From Octopus vulgaris (lineage: Eukaryota): 64,000 nt of DNA. Positions 28,535 to 43,433 of the stretch are shown piece after piece (the first letter of the stretch is position 1; each line of letters starts with the position of its first letter). A program made the translations under genes and the position numbers. The notes beneath the pieces are model-generated. The model did no database searches and was not told the origin of the DNA. It saw only the letters and a program-made list of their open reading frames with translations. Location: the NCBI GenBank assembly GCA_951406725.2, contig OX597827.1, positions 45,632,001 to 45,696,000 on the forward strand. Direction: 5' to 3'.

Positions 28535-28765
28535 AATACCTATTTCTTTATTACCCAAAAGGGGCTAAACATAGAGGGGACAAACAAGGACAGACATAGG
28601 TATTAAGTCGCTTACATCGACCCCAGTGCGTAACTGGTACTTAATTTATCGACCCCGAAAGGATGAAAGGCAAAGTCGACCTCGGCGGAATTTGAACTCA
28701 GAACGTTAACGGCAGTCGAAATACCGCTAGGCATTTCGACCGGCGTGCTAACGTTTCTGCCAGCT
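28535..28765 (-). mobile_element. SINE family B
   Basis: Near-identical to the 9755 and 49245 copies. Confidence 0.9.
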
Positions 28766-28789
28766 AGTGCTTGTCAAGAGCTTGGTGTA

Positions 28790-28920
28790 TTCTAATCAGT
28801 CTCTTTTGCCGAACTGTTAAATTATAGGGACGTAAACAAACCAACATCGGTTAACAAACACACAAACATATATATATATATATACATGCATATTCATATA
28901 TTCATATGTATGCACATATT

Positions 28921-28954
<34 letters not shown>

Positions 28955-29213
28955 TGTATGTATGTATGTATGTGTGTGTGTATGTATGTATGCGTGTGTG
29001 TATGCATGTATGTATGTATGTATGTATGTATGTATGTATGTATATATGTATATATGTATGACGGGCTTCTTTTAGTTTCCGTCTAAAAGATCCACTCATA
29101 AGGCTTTGGTCGGCCCGGACCTATAATAGAAGAAACTTACATAAAGTGTCGCACAGTGGGACAGAACCCAAGACCACATGGTTGTGAAGCAAGCTTCTTA
29201 CCTACACAGCCAC
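28790..29213 (-). mobile_element. SINE family A, diverged
   Basis: Body and head recognisable. Confidence 0.8.
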
Positions 29214-29431
29214 ACGGTTTGGACAATATTAGTGAAAGTGGCAGTAGAGGTGATAATAGTAGAATCAGCGGTGTTCATGATGGTTGTAATGGTGGAGATA
29301 TGGTTTGTTTTAGCTTTTGCTTTGTGTTCTAATGTGTGTATTGCATCTATAATTAATCGCTTATTTTTGCGAAAAGATCTATGTAGTATGGGTGTATTTT
29401 TTATTAATGTTTTCCTATTTACCTTTGTCTT

Positions 29432-29832
29432 ATATCCCCAACAAAGATGTCCTCAGGCAAGCAGGAATACCAAGCATGTTTGCACTCCTCACACAAAGAC
29501 GTATGAGATGGCTTGGGCATGTTAGCCGTATGAAAGATGGCAGAATCCCCAAGGACATACTCTACGGAGAGCTTGCTAGGGGCACTAGGTCTGTGGGTAG
29601 ACCGATCTTACGTTATAAGGAAGAGACGTAAACAAGAGACTATGGCATTACAACCAGCTAGGAACAGTCTTCGCTACATTTGCGGTACCTGCCAGAGGGA
29701 GTGTTTGTCCAGGATAGGACTACACAGCCACAACAGGAAATGTATCAGGACATGAAATATAAAAGCCGGACTAGACTACTTCATGCGCAACTCCATTGTC
29801 TCCCGAGACAGAAAGGATGCCAATACAATACA
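29432..29832 (+). mobile_element. RTE-clade LINE 3' end
   Basis: IPNKDVL.QAGIPSM...RRMRWLGHVSRMKDGRIPKDILYGELARGTR.VGRP.LRYK, then C-x2-C...SRIGLHSH.RKC finger, 3' hairpin TGTCTCCCGAGACA and (CAATA)n tail. Confidence 0.9.
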
Positions 29833-30157
29833 TGAAGGAACACTATTAAAATAAACATACGTAGACATCATACACACCTTAAAAACTGGATAAGCACATG
29901 ACCTGATAACGTGTAACTCTGAACATCAAAATACATGCCTGATGATGTCTGCGTAAAAAAAAACTGTAGTACAGAAGCTAACAACACTCCTTATCCTAAT
30001 GACGAGTCAGAGATAGTCTGCAAAACGTCTATATTAATGAATTTAGGGACTTTGTTTTTATGAAATATCTGCAAAGTAGTTTATACGGAGATGAAAAACT
30101 TATAGCAGTGATTAAACTGCTACATAGCCATGTTTTTAATATAATACATACATACAA

Positions 30158-30368
30158 GGAGGCGAGCTGGCACAATCGTTAGCAAGCCGGGCAAACTGCT
30201 TAGCGGCGTTTCGTCTTTTATGTTCTGAGTTCAAATTCTGCCGAAGTTGGCTTTGCGGTTCATCTCTTTGGAAACCGATAAAGTATCTACCAGTTGAATT
30301 CTGGGATCGACGTAATCGACTTGTCCTCTCCCCTGATATTGCTGGCCTTGTGCCAAAATTTGAAACTA
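30158..30368 (+). mobile_element. SINE family B, diverged
   Basis: GGAGGCGAGCTGGCACAATCGTTAGC head. Confidence 0.8.
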
Positions 30369-30419
30369 ATATAATACACATATAAGTATCACGCATACAT
30401 ACACACACACACACATATA

Positions 30420-30815
30420 TGGAGTGACTGTGTGGTAAGCAGCTTGCTTCTCAACCACATGGTTCCGGGTTCAGTCCCACAGCGTGGGACCTTGGGCAAG
30501 GTTCTTCTACTATAGCCTTGGGACGACCAAAGCCTTGTGAGTAGATTTGGTAGACGGAAACTGAAAGAAGCCCGTCGTATATATGTGTGTGTGTGTATAT
30601 TTGTGACTCTGTGTTTGACACCCCCACCACCACCACCACCACCATCGCTTGACAACCGATGTTGGTGTGTTTATGTCTCCTTAACATGGTGGCTTGTCAA
30701 AAGAGATACGTAGCATAAATACTAAGCTTACAAAGAATAAGTCCTGGGGTCGATTTGTTCGACTAAAGGCGGTGCTCCATCATGGCCGCAGTCAAAATGA
30801 CTGAAACAACTAAAA
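30420..30815 (+). mobile_element. SINE family A, full length
   Basis: Colinear with the 18361 copy. Confidence 0.9.
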
Positions 30816-30836
30816 GGATATATATATATGTGTGTG

Positions 30837-30868
<32 letters not shown>

Positions 30869-30919
30869 CGTGTGTGTGTGTGCGTGTGTGCGTATATATA
30901 TATATATATACATACATAC

Positions 30920-31008
<89 letters not shown>

Positions 31009-31244
31009 TGTATATATGTATATGTACACACACACATATATATATATACATAACACATACACACACATATATATATATATACTTATACATTCGTAGAAAG
31101 ATAAATAATAAAGAGGGAGAAAGTATGTTCGCATGCGTGTATGTACGTGAGTGTGCGTGCGTGCATGTGCAAGCAATAAGAAAGAAAACAATTTCCCTTC
31201 TTGCGTATCTGTCTTTGCAATAAAATACACATATAAAAAAAGAA

Positions 31245-31286
<42 letters not shown>

Positions 31287-31720
31287 GTCGTTCTTTTAGC
31301 TCCACAGCGACATCAATTCCACTTTGCTACACGTTCACTCACCTGTTGCATGTTGTTGCTGCTTGCTGCATTGCAAAATCCGATCGATAATGGGTTACTG
31401 TTTGTGACGGAGAAGGGGGGAGGGGGAGGAATAACTAAAAAGATCGAGTTGAAGAGAACAAGAAGAAAGACACAGAAAGAACGTGCAGCTGGTGCAGCGA
31501 ATTGGTTAGAGAGTGGAGTGAGGAAGAGGGAGAGGGTGAACGACAGAGAAAGCTGCAGCAATAAATAAAATAGTAAGCCAAACAACATCAATAATAAAAT
31601 CAATACCAATTATTCGAAGCAACAGTTGGGACTGCAGCGTCGATACAGGCTGACAACCACGACACAACGTTGTGTGTCTATCTATCTATCTATCTATATA
31701 TATATATATATATATATATA

Positions 31721-31764
<44 letters not shown>

Positions 31765-31767
<3 letters not shown>

Positions 31768-31995
31768 CTTTACTGCCCAGAAGGGGCTAAACATAGAGGG
31801 GACAAACAAGGACAGACGAAGGGATTGAGTCGATTATATCGCCCCCAGTGCGAAACTGGTACTTTATTTATCGACCCCGAAAGGATGAAAGGCAAAGTTG
31901 ACCTCGGCGGAATTTTGAACTAAGAACGTAACGACAGACGAAATACCGCTAAGCATTTCGACCGGCGCGCTAACGTTTCTGCCTGCTCGCCGCCT
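31765..31995 (-). mobile_element. SINE family B
   Basis: Colinear with other B copies. Confidence 0.9.
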
Positions 31996-32111
31996 TGTAC
32001 CAGCTCGCCGCCTTATACCAGCTCGCATTTATGCATAAAAACTGTCCGATGAACGGCAACGGGAAACTCAGAGTAACAGGTTTTGTTGAATTTTCTGCTG
32101 CTTTAAATAAA

Positions 32112-32176
<65 letters not shown>

Positions 32177-32248
32177 CACACATATATACATATTCATATA
32201 TATATACACATATATACATATATATATTATGTGTATATATATATATGC

Positions 32249-32309
<61 letters not shown>

Positions 32310-33219
32310 TGTGTGTGTTTGTGTGTGTGTATGTATATATATACAGTTTATCATTTAAATATATATGAGTATGTCTAGATATGCAACTTGTGTGCATGAG
32401 AATACATACATAAAACAAAACATACAAATCTACATACATACATACATACATACATATTACATACGTATGCACATGTCTAGACATGCAACTATATGCATAA
32501 GAATGCATACATAAAGCAAATCCTACAAATTTGCGCATGTATTGACCCCGGCTACCGCGTACATACTCAGCTGATGTTGTTGAAATTCCAATGAAGGAGC
32601 CTTGGATCTAGATTAGCAACCAGCTCTTTCCCTATTGGCAAGACATCTTGAAATAAAAGTGAATAGTAATGTCCAGACATACGTATGTATTGATTTCCTG
32701 AAAAAGAAAAAAAAAGAAAAACGTCAGTGATCAAAGGGAAGCGACATTGGTCGCTTTTATTCAAATGCAAGAATATGTCACAGAATTTTGTCTAGTCAAT
32801 TAACTCAGGTGCGCCAAGCGTCAGATCCTTAAAAACCAACCATTTCTCTTCTCTCTCCCTCACACCCACGTCTCTCTCGCCATCGGTTATTTTACGTGGG
32901 CGAAAGTCTGCGACGTGTATGCAGATGAAGAGCCGTGTGATTCGTGTGTGTGTGTGTGTTTGTGTGTGCGTGTATGTGGTGTTTACCTGAAGGGTTCGTG
33001 CGCTTTTCGTGAAAGAAGTACTCAGCGTTCTTGCGGATCTTTATGCGTATGTGTATGAGTATGTTTTATGCTAAAAAAATAATGTATGCTTGCAGAGGAC
33101 AATAGAGATGACTCTTAAGTTATCCCTAAGTACAGTTAGAAATAACATATAGCTACGTTTTTGAAACTGACAGCAATCATTATGCCCTGAGCAGGTTATT
33201 AAAATATTACTTAAAACTA

Positions 33220-33560
33220 AGGCGGCGAACTGGCAGAATTGTTAGCACTTCTGGCAAAATGCTTAGCGGCATTTCGTTGGTCTCTGAGTTCAAATTCCAC
33301 CGACGTCGAGATGTGGGTTTGTGACGACTTTTTTTCTGTCCAAAGGAGTTTTTTTTAATACTTACACGCTATTATTTATAGCTTCATCAAGGCGGAGAGC
33401 TGGCGGAATCATTAAGAACGCCGAGCAAAATGCTTAGCAGTTCTTCCGTCTTTGCGTTCCGAGTTCAAATTCTGCCGAGGTCGTCTTTGCCTTTCATCCT
33501 TTCGGGAGTCGATAAAAATAAGTACAAATCGAGCATTTGGGTCGATGTTATCGACTTCCT
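33220..33560 (+). mobile_element. Two SINE family B fragments
   Basis: Heads at ~33220 and ~33390. Confidence 0.8.
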
Positions 33561-33878
33561 CATCTCTTCAAAATCCGAAACCGTTATTTGTAACTTTATC
33601 GTCTGCTTCGAGGTGCAAAAAAATAATCATTTCAATAAATTTATAACAATTTGTAACACTGCGATTCAAAAAGTCAACATCTCCGTTACCTCCACACCAC
33701 CAATGATAAAACCACCGACACCACTCACGCCATTACCTCTACTGTCATTACTATGTCTGGCACTAAACCCTTAACATTCTCACGGTATTTCGTCACACAC
33801 ACACACACACACACACACACAAATAAACAAACATGGGCACACACAGAGAAAAACATAGGGACAATACACAACACACAC

Positions 33879-33946
<68 letters not shown>

Positions 33947-34095
33947 TTAAAGATATCATCATCATCATCATCATCATCAATAAATAATAACGACAATAGT
34001 ATAAGTGGCCAGCAAGCATTAAACCCAAAAGACAAATTTATGAATTTATGATTAATTATCAATTATAATTTGGGGTACACGATGTACCAGCGTTG

Positions 34096-34137
<42 letters not shown>

Positions 34138-34410
34138 TACTTTGCTTCCCACTATACCTACACTTAATCCATATGAATCATCCATGACTCCCACCCAACT
34201 CCGGACTATATTAACCCCTCTGCCAACCATCCCCGAAGCTCATCAATTGAATCGAATCTGCACTGCAGCGACACCAGAGACACATTCCAATACTTGTTGC
34301 TGCATCAACGGACACCACTTGCAACGCAACGATGCGCTCCATTTGCTGCATCGAATGGCATGATAAACCGCCCCCACATATTTGAACGTGACGTGTTCTT
34401 TGATAGACAA

Positions 34411-34449
<39 letters not shown>

Positions 34450-34660
34450 GTTATATTATATATTGTATTTATATTATATGCACACACACAAGCAGAGGGA
34501 GAGAAAAAGAGAAGACAGAGAACCTTATTACTATTTACCGATTTGTTGGGTATGCATGCGAACACATATATACACTTACGTATCGCTGTGTATACCTATA
34601 CTAACATAGTGGATGTCTACGTGCGTACACACATATACACACATACTATCACACTTTAAA

Positions 34661-34713
<53 letters not shown>

Positions 34714-35611
34714 TGTGCTTGTGCATTGATACAGAGCATGCAACATTGCGATTTATCGTTGAAAAGATTTAACCAAACAAAATGTAATTCAATACAATGT
34801 TCTGACCTTTCAAATACAGAACCAAAAATAATCACATACACACACACGCACACGCACGCACATACACACATACACGAGAGCGTACATACAGTTGCAATTA
34901 CAGTCGAAAATATTGAGCTAAGGGAAGTAACTCAACACTACTTGGTAAGGAACATATACAGAATAATATACATAGTCATCGACAGAGCTTCCCCCCAGAC
35001 TATTCAAACCCTTACAGAAATTGAAACCTTCTACCTTTGCATTGCACTGGTTTCCGCATTGCTGTTATTGTCGAGTCCTAGATCAGCTCTGGTTACGTAG
35101 GACAAGGATCAAGGGTATTCCAGCCGTGAGCATCCCGTGCTTAACAGCTTTCATCCAGCTTTACGTTCCAAGTTCAAATTTCACCGACACCGACTCTGCC
35201 TTTCATCCGAATCCCGGTCAATAAAATAAGTAACTGTTGAACACTTGGATCGATGCAATCGATTTCTCCTCGACTCAAAAACTTCCGGACCTGTGCTAAA
35301 ACTTGAAACCACACGTGTGATATTTAGCAATGAAACCTGCATCTGCTGACATCCACTGTGTTCTTTCTTAATTCTGCTTTTCCTTTCCATTTTGGTGATC
35401 CTTACTTCCACTAGCGTAGCAACTGGGTCCTCTTCCATTCATTGCCAGTCTGACTGGCCTACTATCCGCCCCCTTAAAGACGTACAGCACAAGAATGGCA
35501 TTACAATCTTCGGGGTTCGTGTGGCATAGATGTCCGTTCAGATTTTACGTAGCCAAAATTTGTAAAAGTCACTACTGTACTTATCATATATCTGTAATAT
35601 GGCGCGAAGGT

Positions 35612-35995
35612 GGGGAAGCACTCCGTCGGTTACGACGACGAGGGTTCCGGTTGATCCGATCAACGGAACAGCCTGCTCGTGAAATTAACGTGTAAGTGGT
35701 TGAGCACTCCACAGACACGTGTACCCTTAACGTAGTTCTCGGGGATATTCAGCGTGACACAGAGAGTGACAAGGCCGGCCCTTTGAAATACAGGTACAAC
35801 AGAAACAGGAAGTAAGAGTGAGAGAAAGTTGTGGTGAAAGAGTACAGCAGGGATCACCACCATCCCTGCCGGAGCCTCGTGGAGCTTTAGGTGTTTTCGC
35901 TCAATAAACACTCACAACGCCCGGTCTGGGAATCGAAACCGCGATCCTACGACCGCGAGTCCGCTGCCCTAACCACTAGGCCATTGCGCCTCCAC
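35612..35995 (-). mobile_element. SINE family C, full length, with 12-bp TSD
   Basis: TGGCGCGAAGGT at 35600-35611 and 35996-36007. Confidence 0.95.
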
Positions 35996-36432
35996 TGGCG
36001 CGAAGGTAACGAGAAGCCAAGTATAAAAGAGCGTACCAACATCTCTGGTCTTTAATCGAGTGTTCTAGAGAGCTATGCTAATGCGTCAATAGGCTGCTCT
36101 GTTGTGAACCACCACTTTTATGTCCCTACGGTTTTACCCTAACCTTCAAAAACAGGCACACGCTTCGATATAACGGATATATTACGGATGACGGAATAGT
36201 CGTTCTACCACACATCGGCAATAGTGTCCTGAAATTTCTTTCGAGAAAATATGGAAATGACCCTCGCATTTTGGAAAGCAAATTATATCGCGTTATTTCA
36301 CACGCACGTACGCACGCACGCACGCACACACGCACGCACACCTGTACGCACGCACGCACACACACGCGCTGATGTTAACATTATTATTAATCAACAAAAA
36401 TTTATATGTATATATATATGTATATATATATG

Positions 36433-36491
<59 letters not shown>

Positions 36492-36839
36492 ATATATATA
36501 TGTGTGTGCGTGTGTGTGTGTGTATGTGTGTATTATGTATGTTTAATTTATATTAAGTCAAAGGAAGAAGTCTGAATTTGGAAAAAAAATTACTTATTTA
36601 GTGCTTTCATCCCGCAAGTACATCAGTCGAAATCCGTCTTTTGCTGGTGTCTCAAATTTACGTTAATTCAGTGATTCTTAAAGGAGGGTGGGGGCCTATG
36701 GGACAGTCGGACAAGTTGTTTTGAGATAGTTTTGTTTAAATGTTTGACAACTCAGCACCGTCCATTGGACGAGGGGGCGTTTTGCTCGTATATTTACATA
36801 TACGTATGTATGTATGTATGTATGTATGTATGTATAGAG

Positions 36840-37025
36840 AGAGTTTACGAAAAAAAGAACAAAAGACGAAGACAGGTGGTGTACAAAACAAACAGATGTA
36901 TTAGTATAACGCTCAGGAAGAGAAAAAGTCATTTACGTTTCGAGCCTATGCTCTTCTACAGAAAGGGACACAGAAAACAAGGAGTGAAAAAAACGTGTTT
37001 AGTGGCTAACGATCTATCATGGCGT
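36840..37025 (-). mobile_element. Penelope-like terminal fragment with minimal hammerhead variant (36930-36965)
   Basis: Reverse complement cttt-CTGTAGA-a-gagc(atag)gctc-GAAA-cg-TA-aatg. Confidence 0.55.
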
Positions 37026-37486
37026 CTGTATGTATGTATGTATGTATGTATGTATGTATGTATGTATGTATGTATGTATGTATGTATGTATGTATGTATG
37101 TATGATTTTTTCTTTGTGTTTGATTTAAGTTCTTGGGAAAGTTGAAGCCGTTCGTTTTGTTAGCGACAAGACGACTTTGAATAAAGAGAGTCCTCGGTGT
37201 GTTTGTAAATATGTGGTAGAGGTAATGTGTTGGTTGAACTGTCGATACATATACCTAAGTGTGTGCATCTGCTCACACAATAATCTCACATGGAGGATTT
37301 CTGGAATGTCTTACAAATTTTCACTGTATCATTATTAGCTTGAATTTGGAGAATCCACGGCAGTTTCTTTTGTTCAATTTACCCTGAAACCAAGTGTTTC
37401 TAGTTTTCAAATTTGTCGGTACAGAACCTAATGTACTTCTGGTGATAGGTTACAAATAGGAATTCATAGTCAGTGTACAAGAGCTA

Positions 37487-37874
37487 CTCTTTTACTTGTT
37501 TCAGTCATTTGACTGTGGCCATGCTGGAGCACCGCCTTTTAGTCGAGCAAATCGACCCCAGGACTTATTCTTTGTAAACCTAGTACTTATTCTATCGGTT
37601 TCTTTTGCCGAACCGCTAAGTGGCGGGGACGTAAACACACCAGCATCGGTTGTCAAGCGATGTTGGGGGGGGGACAAACACACACACATATATATATATA
37701 TACATATATACGACAGGCTTCTTTCAGTTTTCGTCTACCAAATCCACTCACAAGGCTTTGGTTGGCCCGAGGCTATAGTAGATGACACTTTCCCAAGGCG
37801 CCACGCAGTGGGACTGAACCCGGAACCATGTGGTTGGTAAGCAAGCTACTTACCGCACAGCCACTCCTGCGCCT
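37487..37874 (-). mobile_element. SINE family A, full length
   Basis: Colinear with the 18361 copy. Confidence 0.93.
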
Positions 37875-38019
37875 ACAGGAGTGTAAGCTTTGCATTAATT
37901 CGCCATAAATGTTCTTTTTTTCCTGGACCTTTGATTCTATATTCACACCCACTGGGCAGCTGGCTTCTACAGCAGTGCATGACTTTTATTTTCTGACCAA
38001 CAGGACAATAACACGTGTG

Positions 38020-38806
38020 GGATCTTTACCTTTTGACCGACAGATTTTTAAAATATTTTTTGTAACTAAACACTTTCAAACTTCGGACACTGGTAGAATG
38101 TGTTATATAAAACATCTTTTACTCTTAGCGTTTTTGAGAAAAGCTTATATTTAGGAAGTTATTTCACGTTAAAGTTGTCGTATTTCGGTAATTTCAACCA
38201 ATCAATGACGTGCATTTAACTGAATAAAAGTACTGCTGTTATTTATCAACAAGAACTTCCGGCGGTGTATATTTCCTTTGTCACCGTTATTTATGATAAC
38301 CCTAATCCTAAAACCTTAGCCCTAACCCTCACCCTAAAACCCTAACCCGTTATTTATGACAAACTTAATCCTAAAACTCTAACCCTAACTCTAAAACCCT
38401 AACCCTAACCCTAACCCTAAAACCCCAACCCTAACCCTAAAACCCTAACCTTAACCCTAAAATCCTAACCCTAACACCCTAACCCTAACCTTAAAACATT
38501 AAAGCTAAAACCAGTACAAACGCACGAACGATGTCATAAATAACAGTGACAAACGAAAAATACACCACCGATAGTTGTTGTTGACAAACAACGGCAGTAA
38601 TTTTATTCAGCTGAATACACGTCATTGATTGGTTGAAATTACCGAAATACGACAACTTTAACGTGAAATAACTTCCTAAGTATAAGCTTTCCTCAAAAAC
38701 ATTAAGAGTAAAATATGCTTTATATGACACATTGTACAAGTGTCCGAAGTTTGAAAGTGTTTAGTTACAAAAAATTATTTTAAAAGATCTGTCGGTAAAG
38801 ATTCCC
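38020..38806. mobile_element. MITE with ~280-bp TIRs, central (CCCTAA)n-like tract and 8-bp TSD
   Basis: TSD CACGTGTG at 38012-38019 and 38807-38814; termini GGATC.../...GATTCCC; telomere-like tract ~38299-38492. Confidence 0.9.
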
Positions 38807-39146
38807 CACGTGTGTTATGTTTGCACCGAACTGATGTTTTAATTGGGGTATTCCATTTGCATTCCTTGTTTTGAAAGGGGTGAATACATACTGGTTTTGA
38901 CATGTCTTTGATGTATACGTCAGAGCGCAGTATATATGTATACACGCTTACATGAAACCCCCAAAACAACAAGTAATAGGCACGCAAGTGTTTTGTTTAG
39001 TTTATATAATTTATTAGAACAAAATGATGGCTGACTGGGACCTCGAAGTTTCGCTGGAAACTTGGAAATCACAGTCATCTTATATGTTTCGTTCAGATAA
39101 TATGCTTGTGTGTGTATATGTCTGCGCGCATACGGGCATGCGTGTG

Positions 39147-39204
<58 letters not shown>

Positions 39205-39299
39205 CAGAAAAGAAGACAGACAAGTCCCAAAACAATTTGTTAAATGTTTTCAATGTGTCGGGATGAAAAGATGGGAGAGTGAGGGGAGAAAAGGCAGTA

Positions 39300-40175
39300 C
39301 GGAGGGTGGTGCTGGTAGCGGTAGGAGTAAGAGGTAGTTTGTGATGGTGGTAGAAGTAGAAGTGATGGCGGCAGCGGTGGCGGTAATGGTGGCGACAGCG
39401 ATGGTAGTGGTGGTGGTGGTGGTGATGTCGACAGTGAAGAGGAGCTCGTAGTGATTGTAGCATTAGTAATAGTGATGGTGGTGGCGGTGGTAGAGGTGGT
39501 AATGAACATGACAGTGATTGTGGTTGTGTTTGTTTTTGTTGTGGCTGTAGTGGCTTTAGATGCGGTTGTGGTGGTGTTGCTGGTGGTGGTAGTGCTGCGG
39601 GCGGTGGTAATCGTGGTCGTGGTCCCGGTGTTGGTGTTGGTAGTGGTGGTGTTGCTGATATTGGTCACGATATTGCTGGTGGTTGTAGTAGTGGTGTTGC
39701 TATTGGCGGTGGTGGTGGTGGTGGTGCTGCTGCTGCTGCTGGTGGTGCTGCTGCTGCTGCTGTTGCTGCTGCTGGTGCTGGTGGTGGTTCTGCTGATGGT
39801 GGTGGTGGTGGTAGTGTTGCCGGCGATGGTAGTCGTGGTCGTGGTAGTGGTGGTGTTGCTATGGGCTGTGGTGGTGGTGGTGGTGGTTTTGCTGGTAGTG
39901 GTGGTAATGTTGCTATTGGCGATAGTGTTGATAGTGGTGATGTTGGTGGTTGTGGTGGTGGTGGTGATGATGGTGGTGGTAGTGGTCTTGGAGATGCTGG
40001 TGGCGGAGCAGAAATTATAGACTGGAAGGATATGTTGGTAGAGGCGATTGTGAGGATGAGGGATGAGGGATGAGGTAGTGGCTGTCATGGCGGTTGTGGC
40101 TATGATGATAGTGGTGGTGCCGGCGGTAGTGGAGTCGGTGGTGCTGGTAATGGTGGTGGTGATGGTGGGGGAGGT
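39300..40175. repeat. Degenerate (GTG/CTG)n low-complexity tract
   Basis: Seen directly. Confidence 0.85.
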
Positions 40176-40488
40176 GTACGTGTGCATCACTGGAGCGACA
40201 TCAGTTCCGCATTCCACACCGTTCTCTTTTGACACCTGCTGAATGGAGGAAAGAAGAATTGAGATATATAAAAGGTAAGAGAGGGTGGGAGGGACGGTTG
40301 AAGGAGGTTAGAGAAAGCAACAGCGGGAGAGTAATAGGGTGAGGAGGAGGTGGAGAAAGAGTAGAGAATGCGAAGAAGTGAGAGACCGAAGGAGGGGAGG
40401 GGTTATGTATGAACAGACACATTTTTGTGTTTATGTACGTGAAGCTATATATATATATATATATGCATGTATATAAATATAGATGTGC

Positions 40489-40527
<39 letters not shown>

Positions 40528-40569
40528 CATATATATATGTATATGTATGTATATACATATATACACATA

Positions 40570-40609
<40 letters not shown>

Positions 40610-40651
40610 CATATATATATGTATATGTATGTATATACATATATACACATA

Positions 40652-40707
<56 letters not shown>

Positions 40708-41154
40708 TATATGTATATGTATACATGCATATATATGCATCTGTATGTACATATATATATATATATATATATACATATGCAAAAGTGTATATATTTGTGT
40801 GTGAACGTGTGTGTAAGTATGTATACAGCGTGTATACGAAAATATATTTTCTCCCCGTTTTACAAGAAAAGCTGTTGCTTACATTATGTCCGTGCATGTA
40901 TTTGTGTATATGTGTGTGTGTATGTGTGTGTGAGTATATGTATGTGTGTGGTTGTTTGCGTGTGTCTGAATGTGTGCGCGCGTGCGTGTTCAGGTAACAG
41001 CCTTTTCTTTTAGAACTATGAGAAAATATACGCACATCTGCCTGCTTCATACTTACCCACAAATATTTCACGCTCTCTTACTTTTTCCACTGTTTTCCCA
41101 CACTCTCTCTCCCTTTCTATTCCTCTCCCTCTCTCCCTCACTCTATCTATGTAC

Positions 41155-41219
<65 letters not shown>

Positions 41220-41224
41220 AGCCA

Positions 41225-42820
41225 AAACAAACATCTTAAAAGTAGTGAGAACAACACCGATGGAGATTAAGAACAGTCTGTAAGAAACCCATGAAAAAGA
41301 GACCGCAGATAAAGAAGCCCGAGTTATAAAAATTTTAAAGTCAAACTCTAAACGACTTGTGTACTGCTCTACAAGATAGGGCCCCTCTTCCAAAAAAGTA
41401 TGGCTCCCTCACAGGAAACCCAAAGAGTGTAAGTGAAATACTGAACAAAATAATAAAAAAATGTTTTCATTACTCCGTTAGGACACATGCAAGTGAACAA
41501 ATCAGCGGGGTTCTTTGCCACTACACCTGTAACCAGGAAGGCTGTAGTAAAAGATTACATTGAAATCAAAGATGTAAAGTTTGCCATATATGACCTAGGC
41601 GTAAACCCAACTGCAGGTCCTGATGGATTCTTAGCATTTCTTCTCAAACCATGCAACCGAGCTCTTGCAAAATCGCTATAGTTTCTTTTTCAGAGCTTCC
41701 TTGCGAGTGGTCAGTTCCCAGGCAAATTGAAGGAGGGAATAATATGCCCTATCTATAAAGGAGGAAGCTGAGTAGATATTAAAACACTATAGGCCTATCA
41801 TTTTGATGTCACACATCAGTAAAGTCACGGAACGAATAGTCAGAAGGAAACTAATTGCGTTCCTCGAAGAGAATGACTTGCTGACTGATAACCAGGGTAG
41901 TTTTCGATCATGCAAAAGCTGCGATCACACAGCTCTTACAGCACTACGACTGGGAGTTGAAGCAGCTGCTCAACAACTCAAAGGTGGAAGTAATGTATCT
42001 CATCTTGGCAAAAGCCTTTGATAAAATCGACGTTAGTATATATCACAAGCTGTGTGATGTCTCAACATAGTCAGTGAGTGGTGGCCAATGGAGCCACCTT
42101 TAAAGAAACACAAATAATGAGTTGTGTTCCACAGGTCACTGTCTTAGTGCCACTACTGTTCATAGGAGACCTCTCAGATATGCTCTCAGCTGCTAAGATA
42201 GCCCTCCTTGCTAGCTATACTGATGATACAAAAATCTCTCAGGGGATACAGAATCCTGGTGATGCTGTGAACCTGCAGCAAGAGTTGAATGCAATATACA
42301 GGTGGGCTGAGGACAATAGCATGCTATTTAATGCTGGAAAATTCCATGCCCTGCACTACCAGTCCACGAAGCTGAATGAAATGTAGACAGGATACACTGG
42401 ACACAACCGGAACATTGACATGAGAAATGATACATCTTTCCAAATGCATATTACTATGATGCCAATGAAATGCAGGTGATTGGCCTGATAGGTCCTTAGA
42501 ATTTTCAAAACGAGAAAAAAAGGAAACCGTAATGGTCCTCTGGAGGACAGTTCTGTTCAGCCGCTTAGAATACTGTTCTCAAATATGGTCACCACCTAGT
42601 GTAAGATTAACGGTAGAACTCGTAGTAATCCACCGAAGCTACGCACATGAGATGATCCTAATTCAACAGGTCAGCTACTGGACAAAGCCGAAGTTAAGAC
42701 TTTACTCCTGAGAACGAAGACAGGAAAGATATGCAGTAATATGCAACTGGAAAATCCTGAAAGGACTTGTAACAAACTTTAGTGTTGAAAGTTACACAAA
42801 CAGCAGAAAAGGATGTCACT
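41225..42820 (+). mobile_element. Decayed LINE ORF2 reverse transcriptase (CR1/L2 group)
   Basis: AGPDG, I.PIYKGG, YRPI.L.S.ISKV.ERIV, NQ.SFR, AKAFDKID, VPQ.TVL.PLLF, YTDDTK, LQQELNAIYRWAEDNSMLFNAGKF; multiple stops and frameshifts. Confidence 0.92.
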
Positions 42821-42821
42821 G

Positions 42822-43018
42822 CGGCCATGCTAGGGCATCGCCTTGAAGAATTCTAGTGCAATGAATCGATCCCAGTACTTATTTATTTAAACCTGGTATT
42901 TATTCTATAGGTCTCTTTTGTCGAATCGCTATGTTACAGGGACGTAAAAACACCAACATCGATTGTCAGTCGGTGGTGGGGGACAAACACACACACTCAC
43001 ATGCATATTACTTATATC

Positions 43019-43065
<47 letters not shown>

Positions 43066-43174
43066 ACAGAGACAGAGAGAGTCGCCATATTCCTTCTATA
43101 TCGGGTAGTTACCTAACACTCCATCGCATTCCTTGCGATCAGCCGTGATGGACTTATAATACCGTACATTTCAG

Positions 43175-43208
<34 letters not shown>

Positions 43209-43360
43209 ACGGATTTCTTTCAGTTTCCGTCTACTAAATCCATTTACAAGGGTTTGGTTGATCCGAGGCTATAGTAGAAGACGCTTGCTCAAGGTTTCAT
43301 GCAGTGGGACTGAACTCAGAACCATGTGGTTGGGAAGCAAGCTTCTTGCCACACAGCCAC
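42822..43360 (-). mobile_element. SINE family A, interrupted
   Basis: Tail at ~42822-42990 and head at ~43205-43360. Confidence 0.8.
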
Positions 43361-43368
43361 TCATATAT

Positions 43369-43432
<64 letters not shown>

Positions 43433-43433
<1 letters not shown>

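Noticed and set aside
38299-38492. True telomere or chromosome-fusion scar
   Set aside because: Lies centrally in a TIR element bounded by an 8-bp TSD.
39240-40235. 331-aa Thr-rich mucin-like ORF
   Set aside because: Degenerate triplet repeat open on both strands; no domain or splice support.
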